Positions 13,873 to 26,153 of a DNA stretch of 64,000 nt are shown here, piece after piece. Numbering within the stretch: the stretch's first letter is position 1; each line of letters opens with the position of its first letter. This DNA comes from Chrysemys picta bellii (lineage: Eukaryota). Location of the stretch: the NCBI RefSeq assembly GCF_011386835.1, contig NC_088799.1, positions 101,060,001-101,124,000 on the forward strand, in the 5' to 3' direction. Both the position numbers and the translations under genes were made by a program. The notes below the pieces were generated by a model. That model searched no databases and was not told the origin of the DNA. It saw only the letters and a list, made by a program, of their open reading frames with translations.

Positions 13873-16800
13873 CGTAGACTATATCAAGCATATTAATAAA
13901 ACAAGAAAGAAAAAAATAGCTACAAGACAGTAGGTAACAGCAGCTATATATAGAGAGAGAGAAAGAGAGAGAGAGCACAAAATATCAGCAGGACAAACTG
14001 TGGCTGGACAGTAAAAAATCACCTGCTTCTTAGGGAGATACAATTGGGTAATGAGCCATGGAAACATGAACATTTCAGATGGCAGATCTGCTATTCAAAT
14101 GTATGGCCAGCTGTCAGAGTGCTGGCATCCTGCACTCCCCCCCCAGAAGAATTGCTCTTTGCCGAACAGTAATGAGCGGGTTACGGGTGACTCTAGAAAA
14201 AGTATGGAACTCTGAGAAATTGTAGTGCATCATATTAGCTTCTCTCTGAAGTTAGCCATTTCCCATCATGCTGTATTACCCATCACTGTCACTAATATAC
14301 CATGAAATTCAGTTGAATAATGCAGTGAGCAACTCAGCCTCCCGTTTCAAAGGTTTGTTACCCATAATCCTGTGAGAGTCATTAGCGATGTCACTGAATA
14401 GAAGAAAACTCATTCACTTCTTACAATGTTTCCGCCTCTGGCAAATAACTGACACATTACACATGGGCACAATGCTTAATTCTCCAGGGACGCCTGATTA
14501 CCACGTTGTGAACTGCGTGCCTCTTTAATGGGCAATCCAGTCACCCTGGAGCCCCACCAGCCCCATCTGTTGTGGTGTGTGGCACCTATCCCCCAAGCTA
14601 GCATTCCCCGCCCATGGTTCAACAGCTGGATGCTCTGGCAAAGTAACTATTTTCTAGTCTTTACTTTATTTACTCTTTCAAATGTTGCTAGAACAATATT
14701 TTTAAGATAAGGTTGCCAAAAAAAAAAAAAAAGCAAACACCACCCACATACAAATATACCCACAAATGTAATTACATTAACAAGCTCTGGGGTAACATTT
14801 TCAAAAGCATCAAAGTCCCGTTTGTAATAGTGACTTAGGCCCCAAATCCTCAAAGTTAGTTAGGTGCCTAACTGCCATGGAAACGGCACCTAAATACCTT
14901 TGATCCAGGCCATAGGCTCCTACGTCTCATTGACAGTCAATGGGCCATAGGCTCCTAAGTCACTTTTGAAAATAGGCCTGAGATATTTCTGAAAATGTTA
15001 TCCCTAGTTTATCTTTGTAGGAAAATTTCTCAAACGAGAGTAAACAGATGATGGCACGAGAATTGGCTGAGTCAAAAAGCAAGTGTCCGTTTTCTAAAGT
15101 CCCAGTGAGAGAACGCTTTCGGGGCATTCAATTTTATCGTCTTGGGTGGGATTTGCAGAACCCCCGAAGTGACTTAAGACACATTTATGATGGGATTTGT
15201 GTGCCTAGCTCACATTGGGATGATCGAAAATCATTCGGGGCAGCCCGTGGGAGTATTCTGCACAAGACTGTGTGAACCCAGATTGACATCCCTGAGTGTT
15301 ACTTCGCCTTTCCCTCTGCTCCTGATTGCTTTTCCAAACACGCTTTATTGTGCTCTCAGCTGTTCCTGTCAAACCTGCGTTGCGCACCATAAACCCCATC
15401 GGTGCCGACTCCGAAATAGGAATCTCCACTAAGGTTTGCATGTTTTCTCTGTCAAAACATTAGCTAAGCAACAGGTAATCCTGACTTCTTCCCTGACAGA
15501 ACTGGGCAAATAATCCATGTTCCTAAACCATGGTGCCTTACCTGTATCCATTCCAAACAGCCAGGAACCAGCTGTTTTCTCCATAGCTGGGCACAGCCTT
15601 AGCCCCCCAGCATTAGTAGCATTTTTAGGTTATGAATATTATACTCCTCTCCCAAAGGCCCGCTCTCCATAAATGTGCAGAAATATTGGCTGTACCATTA
15701 AACTGATGCTTTCTCCACATCAGGGTTCCTTAGCGTACATGATTGATACACCCATGAAATACTGCCCATATGGCCTCCCCAGTTGGATTTGAGGAGTAGG
15801 CCAGGGATTTTGATGTTGTATCTATGCATAGTTGATATTCTTGTCAAGCAGCCTTAATTCACAGGTAAATATATTGTTGTGCATTGTTGTAGAAACACAA
15901 CATAGCATTATGGGAGGTTCAGTGTTGAGGCTTAGGTAGTGCTGTATCTCAAAAAACTCATGTCTCTCTTTCCAGGCAAGAATCTGTGTTCCCTTGGCTA
16001 ACTTGCCATGGAAACAACATGGGACGTTGACCTGTGTGTAATTTAGTGATTGCACTTGCTATCCCCTCCTTTGGCACAGGGTGACGTGAACTGCTACTTT
16101 TGCCTAAAACTCAGCAAACTATTTTTAACTCAAGGAAAGAGAGCGACCAATACTGTTGTATAAAACTGTTGCCACAGGATCACCGATGGACAAACACCTT
16201 CAGGACAAGACCAGAGATCAGAGAGAACCCTGCTCTGAAAGTCTTTGACATCATATGGTCAGACCAGTGGTATATATAGTGAGCTTTCACTGCTGTCTCT
16301 CATCGCCCTAGTGAATATAAGGAATGTGACTTGCCTTTTGTTGGTTTACTTTAGAATTGAGCTGTTTAGTAGCAAAGATCACAGGAATGGTGATGCTGGT
16401 GTATAATAACATCAGACCTGTCTATGCCTCAGTAGCTTCTGGAGAACTTCATTTTTGGCCCTGTTCTGTCTTAATTACACTATAATGGTTTCCTTCAAGT
16501 TCACCCGTATGTAAGTGTTTAAATGTACTGGCTGGAAGTGCCATTATCTTAGTGATTCTAGTCAGTGACATTAATAGGCTACCTATTTATTCAGTTCCTC
16601 TTTTAAATTAAGTCTTAACCGTGACTTTTCAAACTCCAAAGGTTTTTTTTGTCTTTAATATGAGCCGTTTTCGTCCTTCTTTCATCAGGCCCGAGAGCAG
16701 GTCAAGACCTCTCTGGCTGATCTTGCTCAAGAAGGCTCTCTACCAGGTTGACATTGCAAAGTACTTGGAAGCATTTATGAAGACAAACATTTAGAACGCA

Positions 16801-19359
16801 GGTGAAGTGCCAGACAGGAAACGTAGCCGTGATGCTGCCTGGGCTAGGATGTCTGGGATTGCCTGGAACTGTAAGACAGAGTTTTAGCTCATTAATTCTG
16901 CCTCACCTGGGCTATAATGTACAGACACTGTCAGCTCCATGTTCCCAGCTTCCAGACATGACAAGGCTGGAGTCATTAAAGCTGAAGGGAGCCAGACTCA
17001 TTGTGTGGTGATAGCAATAGCATGTCAGCTGAAAGACAGCTCCGATGGCTCCCAGGATGTCAGTTCAAGTACTTAGACCACCATTCCCAATTTATTTCAC
17101 CAAGTATCTGCAGCTACCACATTTGCTCATGTCAAAATAGTGATGTATCTATTCTTGTCCCTGAAAGCATTGTGGCGGAAGACCGGGGGTGTGAGGGGAG
17201 AAATCCACTCCAGAGCAGTCCCTCTAAAAATCTTGTTGTCCTGATAGATCAGAAAGTCAACCTGGTTTGCAAACATGACTTACTAAAATTATATTTCACT
17301 GAATACATGGTTATTAAACAATGCAGTTTGTGATGGTTCTGGATGCGGTGTTTTATCTGGTTTTCTGTATATTCTGGCCAAGTGACAGTTTATGTACTGA
17401 GTGGCATATCAATATTTTTGTCCATATAAATACCAGACAGCTATTCTCAAACTACAAATAAGAAAAGATCCCATCTGTCACCAATTCAAAACCTGATTGC
17501 CAAAGACGTTCCAAGCCAGGACTGATAAAGCACCAATGACACTATCATCAACTTACCGTAAATCAATGTTTCTGTACCAGTGTGCTATATGATAGAGATA
17601 TGGCTGCAGTTGAGAAGTGTCCTACATTAGTAGGCTATAATTTTACTACCAGTGCAGTACCGCTTCTGGGCTTTAGAGGGGATACTCACTGGATGTTGCT
17701 TAAATTGCAACAATCACTCAAAAGTCCAACCCAACCCCAAACTTTCTAACATTTAAAAATTCACCTAAAAAAGTGTCTCTTCGCTGCACTTTCCAAATTG
17801 GACTGTGTGAGAAAACAGAAATAATAAAATATAAGGGGAGACGCTATTTGTATTTCTGATCTAAATACCAGGCGGCCCTACAGATCTGGGGAAACCCAGA
17901 GCGGATTCAGACAAAGCTCCAAACATTTGGAGACCGATCCTGAGCAAGCGGGTGAGGGTTTCGAGGTCAGGCCATCGTAAGCTGACATAGCAACAGTGCC
18001 TAATTGTAAGTAACGTTGTTGTTATTCCTCACATTCAGACCCGGGAGTGTTCCAGCAGCATCCCAGCACAGTCCTGCCCGAGGGTCAGAGGCTGGAAGTG
18101 AGATTGGTTACTCATGCAACGGGACTAATGGGAACTGGAAACTTTAGAGGCAAAGTAGCTGGACATCCTGGAGCCCTCTCTCAGGACATAGGAGTGTCCT
18201 TGAGAACACCAAAAAAGGTCCCTCTCACCTCACACATCCTGCCATGCTTCCAGTGAGGGATGCCTGGAGCAGGGATAGGGGAGGGCTCTTGGTTTTATGC
18301 TGCTCTCTAGTGACCCCTTCTTTCCAAAGCAAGGAATAGTATCGAAGTTGTTAGACTGGTGAGAGCCACGCCCCGTGTTTTATTACAACTTGCAGTCGTC
18401 AAGGGCTAGAAAATGTGGGATAGGTAAATCTGGCAACACATGAGACTTCTGAGAACCCACATAATGTTTAACAAGGAAGATTGGGTGGACAAAGAGAACA
18501 TGAAACCAAGGACCAAACTCAGGTGTAGTTTAGGGAAGAGCAACCTCCCAGGGCCGAGTTTGGGCCCATTACCCGAAAACCCCTTGAGATGAGTATTTGT
18601 TTTCAAATACACAGTTTTAGTTATGTTTTGAAAATGTCAAGTCTGCAGCATGTATGGGGTTAGGGCTTTGGACTCCCTAGAATCACAGGGGGGTATTTCT
18701 TCTTTCTAGCGTTGCAGTTCACATTTAGGAAGCAGTCTCGGGGAGACTTGCAAACGTGCAGAGCCTTCCAGGTCGGCACATGGCTTGGTTTGGTTTAAAT
18801 TTAAAAAAATAAGGTGAGAAAGAGACTCAGCATTTCTAACCCCAGCCCGAAGCTGATTCCACCACTCGAGCATAACACCTGAGAGCAGAGAAAATCCAAG
18901 AGCCTTCAGTTAGAACTGACTAGATATCTGGCAACCGGGAACGCAGGGGGACGTTAGTCAGCATAATTTAAAGATGCCGTTCAGCTCTGAAAAGGGACTA
19001 GCGAAATGGCTCCTTCTCATCCATCAGGTGTCCCCCGGGGCATATTTAATCTGACGTTAGTTAATAGCCAGGCCCTGACCCCACCATGGGATCTGTGTGG
19101 GGTGGGTATTTCTGCCCTCACCGACTTGGAATGATTTCAATGGGGCTCTACTGCAGAACCAAGGCACTGCACCGGAGTAGAGCTGGCTCCTATCCCTACT
19201 TGTGCAGCATAACAATTGCTCACTAATTTCTAATTATACAGCCAATGACTTGCACCTGTGTAGCCCTGTTGAAGCTAATGGGGGCAGGGTTGGCCCAGAT
19301 GGCTCTAAAGGCACAATCTGGCCTACGGAACCCTTTTCTACGGGTGGCGATGCAAGGAA

Positions 19360-19690
19360 AGGTAAGAGCCCAGCCTGGCTGCTAAATTCTTTTCCAAGTC
19401 CCTCTTTCCAGGATACAGGCCCCCATCCTGGGTGACCTACACTCTTTGTTCCTAGGCGTGAGACCTTGCATTTGGCTGTATTGTATTTGGCTTGTTTGAT
19501 TGTGCCCAGTTTGTTCCGTAGCTGTGACATGTTATCGTTCCTGGTCGCTCCCCCAGTCTTTGGGTCAGCCGCAAATGTTATCAGCCAGGATGGTTTGTTT
19601 CCTTCCAGATTTTGGATGAAAATATTGAACAGTCTTGGGCTGAAAACCTGTCCCTGTGGGACCTCAGCAGAAACACCCCCATTCAATTAT
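19360..19690 (-). mobile_element. CR1 LINE ORF2 reverse-transcriptase fragment (decayed)
   Basis: The translation VSAEVPQGQVFSPRLFNIFIQNL...LITFAADPKTGG...YNTAKCKVSRLG matches the CR1 RT motifs GVPQGSVLGP-LFNIFINDL, FADDTKLGG and FN--KCKVLHLG. The catalytic DD is mutated. Confidence 0.85.
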
Positions 19691-20081
19691 GATTCCCCAT
19701 TTTGAGATCTATCCCTGAGCTAGCCCCCGTATATTAGATTTCTCCTCCTTATTGCCTCTAAGATCAGCATTAGCCCAAAAGGCTTCTGTCCCTGGGGGGG
19801 GGGGGGAGAGGAGGGGGCAGAAAATTGGCAACAGCGGCATCCAGATCATATGCCTTTTATGGTAAGAAAGTTCCTTGTTTCCACCATTTGGCGTTTCCAC
19901 AGATCACCATCTGTTACTTACCTCCAAACCCTTTCGGAATTTGACATCCAATTTCATTTCTAATTCACTGTCCTCCTGACTTCTGGCAAGGGTTTCTGGC
20001 CAAATGAGGCCTCAAGCTCTCTTTGATGAATGGTAACAAATTTATGCCTTTCTGATTATCTAAATTTAGCAAAAACGGACA

Positions 20082-20147
20082 GGGCCAAATTCACCCCTGA
20101 TGGAGTCCAGTGAAGTTGATGGAGCGACACTAGGGTGAATTTAGCCC
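20082..20147. repeat. 66-bp palindromic MITE-like relic
   Basis: Inverted ends gggccaaattcaccc / gggtgaatttagccc (14/15 match). Confidence 0.6.
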
Positions 20148-23100
20148 ATGATTATCATATCCAAATTTGTATTCATCTAGAAATGGATCACAGCACTGAG
20201 GCTTCCAAACCATTTGAAACACGGGGACTATCAGGGGATAATGATGTTATTTCAGGGTAGCAAATGTGCTCTCTAGGCTGCCACCCCCCACCACTGTCAT
20301 GCCTTTGATCACCACAGCTCACGGGGCACTAACAATAGTGTTGCTTACACTTAAGGTTGTGATGCTTGCTTGTACATTGCCTTTCTCAATGTAATTACTT
20401 ATTTGAAAAGCACTTTGAGACATCTGACAATTTGGAAAAGCAAATGGTGCTTGAGTGTCTGTCTATCAGAGAGAGAGTTTGCAGCCTGACTTTAGAAAGA
20501 CATCCTTTCCTTCCCTAAGCTAATGTGTCTCATCAGTGCATATTCACACCGGCATTAGCCAAGTGTGCAGATCATTTATACTTGCTTTTGCTACAGGAAG
20601 TAGGAATGGCGTGTCCATATTCTCCGCTTAACATCTAAAATGCTTTTTTCTTTTCTTTTCTAGTCTGTAGCTATTTCTTTAATATCTTCTTCCTCTAACT
20701 GTGACTGCGTTAAACATCTCTGCTAGACATTGCACCTTCCGAATACCAGTATTAATAGACAACACATAAAGGTTCTATCTGCAGTACATCATTGATTCCA
20801 ATTACTGAAATGGAATTGTACATTATAGAATTTCATAGGTACATTTTTTGTAAGAGATCATTTATGCCTCGATTAACTTCTTCCTGTTGCTTTTTCAAAA
20901 TGGCTTAAAGTTGAACAGTTAACTAATGTTAAAAATTCAGCATGATGGGGGCGTTTTGTGTTCTGCTGATCACCAATTATAATGATCAGTGGGCACACAG
21001 ATCAGATTGGACTTTCCAGAACTCAGATTCCAGTAGTGCCTATACATTTTGCCCTCCCGTGAAATGATTAGTCCTAAGGATCACAGAGGAAGTGGATTTT
21101 ACTTGGATGTTTTGCAGGAAGGGAAAAATTTTGCCCCTTTTGAGTGAAACCATGCTGCAGATAAAGAGTTCAATGGGAACTCTGAGGCTGTTAATTAGAG
21201 CTAATTTTAATGTAATTGACCTGGCTGATTTAAAATGCCTAGTAGAAATTGCTATGTCCTCATAGGTTGCTGGAATTAACAGGTCTAGGGTACCCTAAAC
21301 CCTAGAACTTCCATGTGGTTGAAATCAGTTAAACATTGGTCTATGTGACTATTATATGCCTTTGTTGCACTGTTGGTCTTTGTAGTTCCTGAAAGTAAAG
21401 TCAAAAGAAGACCTCAGTCGCTGTTACAGTTCTAGGGGTTTTCAGCATCAAGCTGAGAGGACCCACTGAGAGAGCCTGGTTCCTAGAAATAGCTTTTCCT
21501 CCATTGGTTTCAACCGGAGTGCTCCTTTAGACTTGGCCAAGCTGACCTTGTTCCAAAAGTCATCTCAACAAGGGTCACGGTAGTGAGCTGGCAGTGGAGG
21601 AGCTCGGCAGGAGCCATCCTCAATATATTTGACTATTATTAGCTCAGCAGGACTCCGAGCTGAAGCCAGGTTTTCCCATGCAATAGGTATATTTCTACAT
21701 TTTTTTTTTTAATCCTACTGTCTCCTTCATATGAAGATTAAAATGCTGGCTTTCCCCTCCTCCTTTAGCTAACTAGCAATCCAATTTATCTGGATAAGCT
21801 TTTTATTTTGTGATGTCCAGTAACCTCTTCCCGCTTCTCCTGACTTCTTCCAGGCTGGACAGGAACACAGTTCTACTGGTATGAACCCAAACCATGGTTC
21901 AATATGTTCTGCCCGCAAGATGCTGGTGGTAGTCAAGGGCATCCAGGGGTGCCTCTTCGCCACCTGTCTGTGCCAGCCTGGAGACATCCACGCCACCAGA
22001 ACCCACTGCAATGTGAAGCTACCTGACCCAGTTCTATCGTGCCAGCTCTTCCATTGCTGGTCTCCTTGGTTCTTCTGCCAGGTGAGTTCTGCCCCACCGC
22101 AGCCTGTTGGGGCAGCGTGAAGTCAGCTCTGTGCTGCTGTCTGGTTGGGCCTCGCTATAATTCTCTCTGCACAGGGTTCAAAACCTCCGCGTGGGAAACC
22201 TAGAGCAAAACAGGCCGCTTGGAGAGAATCCCAGCTCCCTGGGACGGAGCTCCTGGTCTCTACAACAGATCCCTCTGCCTTCTCTTGTTAACCTCTGCCT
22301 GTGAGCTCAGGGCGACCCTCTTGTCTTGCGCGATGCTGAGGCACTTTCTTCGAGTACAGTCACAACCAGTGATCAGTTATACAATCAGAACACAGGCAAA
22401 TTCCAACCACAGCAACATAACCCAGTGTGTGGAACTAAGGGAAAGCAGCATTATAAGTCATGTAAATGAGGCTGGCCAGACCTGGCTTTTCTAGCTCTGG
22501 GGTTTACGCTTCAACTGGAATAAGACGGCTATACTGGCCAATAGAACTGTGCTCCAATATCCTGTCTACTATGTGTGCGGTTTCAGTCTGGTTTTGTGTA
22601 TTGTTACATTTCTTGAACTTTACAGCAAGATTAAATCTTCCAGCTGTTTGGCTTCACTCATGCCATGAGCCCTATTCTACACACACGGCATGTAGCCCTG
22701 TAACCAGAACAGGGAGGAGTCTTTGGGTCCTTTTGCACGTGTTTCTCCTGTGCTTTGTCTTCATTCGCTATTGACTGTTTCTGAGACTGGAAAAATGATC
22801 AGGTCCTGTTCATAAGCGCTGGGGCAATATGAATCAGCAGGAAGCTCTGGTTTCATACAAGCTACATTAATATTCCAAGAGCCGTGTTGCCTGTGCCACA
22901 GGTGCAATTTCTTATTTAGCTTTCAGTGCTATTTGATTAATAAAACTTAGCAATTCATAACAGGTCAAAACTGGAGTCCCGGCTCTGAAGGGCGGTAATG
23001 CAGGGCAGTGATTCTTTGCGAAAAATAGGAGAGTGGATTTCAAGACTCTCCAGTTTACAGAAAATGTTAAGGGATTGCAAATTTGATGCCACGCCCCCAG

Positions 23101-24124
23101 TTAAACATAGTAATGATGGGTCAGGAAAGCAATCATCTTAGCCGGAAAACGGTTAGACAATATACTATATAAACAATGTATCTGAAGGAACGACGTGGTC
23201 TGAATTTCAAAATAAAACTGGAAAGCACGCAGATTTTCTTGCCATGATTCTGGAATCTGTGACACCTTGTGAGAAGACTAGGCTGTAAACAGGACAACAT
23301 TCTTGTTGGTTAATTACAGTTATTTAACCAATTGTCCGTACTATAGTTCCTATGATATTGATGATGTTTGGGTTGCTTAGCCAGTTACAGAACCAAGACT
23401 GTGCGCACTGAGACGTTGATTTATTAATCAACATAGAAGCTATTTACTTTCTATAATTTCTTATTTAACTTAGAAGAAGATGATAGGGTTTGGAGGACTG
23501 TTTGTTTTACAAAGTTTAAAAACGCGTTTAATGTAGAATGTTCAAAGTTACCACAAAGTGTTCAGATGGTCCAATCAGAACACTGGTCAGTAGGGATTGA
23601 AGTTACCTTATTGGCACAGGATGTCTATGAAAGAAAGAGCTTGTTTTTATAGACTCTCTTTCCTTCTCTTGTGGCAGATTAGGGTCAGAGCCCTTGGAAA
23701 TAACCTCAGTGCAACCTGCGGATAACATCAGTGCAATCAATGGGCTACATAGTGACAGAATTTCCGCATCGTGTTGTTATACTGTATATTATTAATTCGT
23801 AATGATTTTGCTGGTATAGTAATTCCATGTTTCATTGCTCTGTTTGTTATACGAAAATGTTGTTATCGCCAGTAATTATTTCCAGAGCATTTCAATGATT
23901 CTGCTGATTTTATCATGAAGTTAATGATCAACTGTAGTTTCCGTGTTGAGAAAATGTTAATTTGTAGGAGCATATTTTCAATGTAGGTATTCACAGTGCA
24001 AGACAATATGCTGTAAAGTTTTCTCTTTAGCTGGTCCCATAAGTTCCAGTAATGGAAACTGAAACTTAAAAATGACATTACCTACAGTGCTTTAAGTACA
24101 ATGAAATCATCTTAATAGTCTTTT

Positions 24125-24410
24125 TTAATGGGCTCTTCAGCCTAGAAGAGAAAGGTCTAACACAATCTAATGGCTGGAAGTTGAAGCTAGACAAATTCAG
24201 GCTGGAAGTAAGGTGTACATTGTTAACAGTGAGGGTAATTAACCACTGGAACAACTTACTGAGGGTCGTGGTGGATTTTCCATCACTGGCAATTTTTAAA
24301 TCAAGAAGGGATATTTTTCTAGAAGGGCTGCTCTAGGAGTCATTTTGTGCGTTACACAGGAGGTCAGACTAGCTGATCACAATGGTCCCTTCTGGCCTTG
24401 GAATCTGTGT
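24125..24410 (+). mobile_element. CR1 LINE 3' end
   Basis: 'ggctggaagttgaagctagacaaattcaggctggaa...gagggtaattaaccactggaacaactta...ggaggtcagactagctgatcacaatggtcccttctggccttggaatct' is a typical CR1 RT C-terminus plus 3' UTR. Confidence 0.9.
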
Positions 24411-25147
24411 AGCCGTTATGAAGTATGTTGGGGCAAAAAAAAATTACTGATCTTCACTTGAAAACCACACAAATGTTCAGATTCTGCCCTGACAATTAGG
24501 GTTAAGCTACAAGCATTTAGATAAAGAATTTGAATGCGTCTCTTGCATTTTTTATTAATTTATTAACATTTTTACTACTCTACAATAAAACACTGCCCAT
24601 CCAATGATCTGGGCATCCTTGACCATCTTTTAAAAACACACTAATTGACAAACAGTCCTGTCAGTTACCCTAAGATCAAATCAACTAACTCCATGACAAT
24701 AGAAACAGAACAAAGATTAGTTACCCTGCCTATACAATCCCCACCAGAATTCTCCTCTAATACCACCCAGCCTTACCAATAACCCATCTCCAGATGGGCA
24801 AGGGAGAAATGGATGTCTCTTTTTGGCAACAGTACAAGCCTTGTGTGCAATGGGCCTAATCCTGATTTTTTGCACCTTCCTCTGAAACATCTTTTGTTTG
24901 GTTTGATTGGTATTTCCAGTTGATTATTATTTGGTTTTTGGGCAGTTTCCAATGTTTTTTTTTCCCCCCATGTTTTATTTTTACAATTTTGCCAAACGTA
25001 CCCAAGACCCAGGATTGTTTGTTTGTTTGTTTCTTGTTATAAATCTAATTGAATTTTGGAAAAAATCTTCTTTCCATCAGGGTGATGAACTAGACGGACG
25101 ATTGCTGTGGTCTCGTCTGGCAATCTTCCAAACGCGTGTTCTGAAGT

Positions 25148-25277
25148 TGGTAAGCTCGTTGGGGCAGAGACCCTCTTGCTGTTCTGTGTTTGTGCAGCGT
25201 CTAGCACAATGGGGTCTTGGCCCAAGACGGTGGCTCCTAGGCATCACTGCAGACCAAGCAATTAATAATAATAAATG
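25148..25277 (+). mobile_element. L2/MIR-type 3' tail
   Basis: 'gtaagctcgttggggcagagacc...tgtgtttgtgcagcgtctagcacaatgggg...ggctcctagg...aataataataaat'. Confidence 0.75.
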
Positions 25278-25424
25278 GGCTGAATCCTGTGTTGGCGTCC
25301 ATTGAAGCACCTCTGCTGAAGTCAATGGAAATGTGTCAGTTCACTCCAGCAGAGAGGATGGCCCATTGGGGTTTTAGATACTGAAGTAATGCAGGATTTG
25401 GGGCCCAGGAACTACAGGCTAAGG

Positions 25425-25647
25425 CAGGGGTTCTCAAACTGGAGGTCGGGACCCCTCAGGGGGTCGTGAGGTTATTACACGGGGCGTCATGAGCTATCAA
25501 CCTCCACCTCAAACCCTGCTTTGCCTCCAGCATTTATAATGGTGTTAAATATATTAAAAAAGTGTTTTAAATTTATAAGGGGGGGGGTCACACTCAGAGG
25601 CTTGCTATATGAAAGGGGTCACCAGTAGAAAAGTTTGAGAGCTACTG
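25425..25647. mobile_element. hAT-Charlie-like MITE (223 bp)
   Basis: TIRs caggggttctcaaact / agtttgagagctactg. Perfect 8-bp TSD GGCTAAGG (25417-25424, 25648-25655). A second copy lies at 57559. Confidence 0.9.
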
Positions 25648-25698
25648 GGCTAAGGCGAACAGTTCTCAGCAATCCTCACTGGGGTTCCTAATGGGGTG

Positions 25699-25950
25699 TG
25701 TGATGGGGTATACAAACCCCATCCAGTCAACACGGAGTTAATAAGATGTGGTGGGCCCAATCAGCCCCGCCTCATCTCAGCTGCGAGATATGTCAGACTT
25801 GGAGGGAGGAGCTTAAAAGGGCAGAACTCCATGGACCAGGGGCTGGGTGGGTGCAAAGAGCCCGTCCCACCCCGACGGGGCACCCTGGTAAAGGAACACA
25901 GGGACAGGGTAACATACAACAATCTTGTGTGTCTGAATTCACCCGTTACA
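25699..25950 (+). mobile_element. Short LTR-like element
   Basis: tgtgatgggg ... acccgttaca imperfect inverted termini, CCAATC and 'cttaaaagg' internally. No TSD found. Confidence 0.4.
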
Positions 25951-26088
25951 TAATTACCTCTTATTCAGGTATGGTCCAGGACACGTGCCAGCAATAACAG
26001 TCATTCCGAATGTTTCAATTTGTGTAGTGGACATAGAGTGATTTGAACTTCCTGCTGATATATCTCAGAATATGCAAGTATTCATTTA

Positions 26089-26153
26089 GACAGAGGGGAG
26101 AATTGAACCTGGTCTTCCACATCCCAGGTGAGTGCTCTAATTCCGGGACTAAA
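26089..26153 (-). mobile_element. tRNA-derived SINE head fragment
   Basis: The minus strand reads 'ttagagcactcacctgggatgtggaagaccaggttcaattctcccc', with degenerate Pol III A- and B-box (GGTTCAA) spacing and no complete cloverleaf. Confidence 0.55.

Noticed and set aside
14908-14957. 15-bp direct repeat GGCCATAGGCTCCTA around a dyad core
   Set aside because: It is explained by the internal structure of the dispersed palindromic repeat family and is not an independent feature.
17127-17240. Minus-strand peptide containing RDKNRYITIL, similar to the tyrosine-phosphatase KNRY loop
   Set aside because: A stop follows immediately, there is no downstream PYD/RV motif and no splice donor; it is most likely a chance match.
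26089-26153. Possible tRNA gene
   Set aside because: Only degenerate A/B boxes are present, with no acceptor stem or full cloverleaf; it is better explained as a SINE head.
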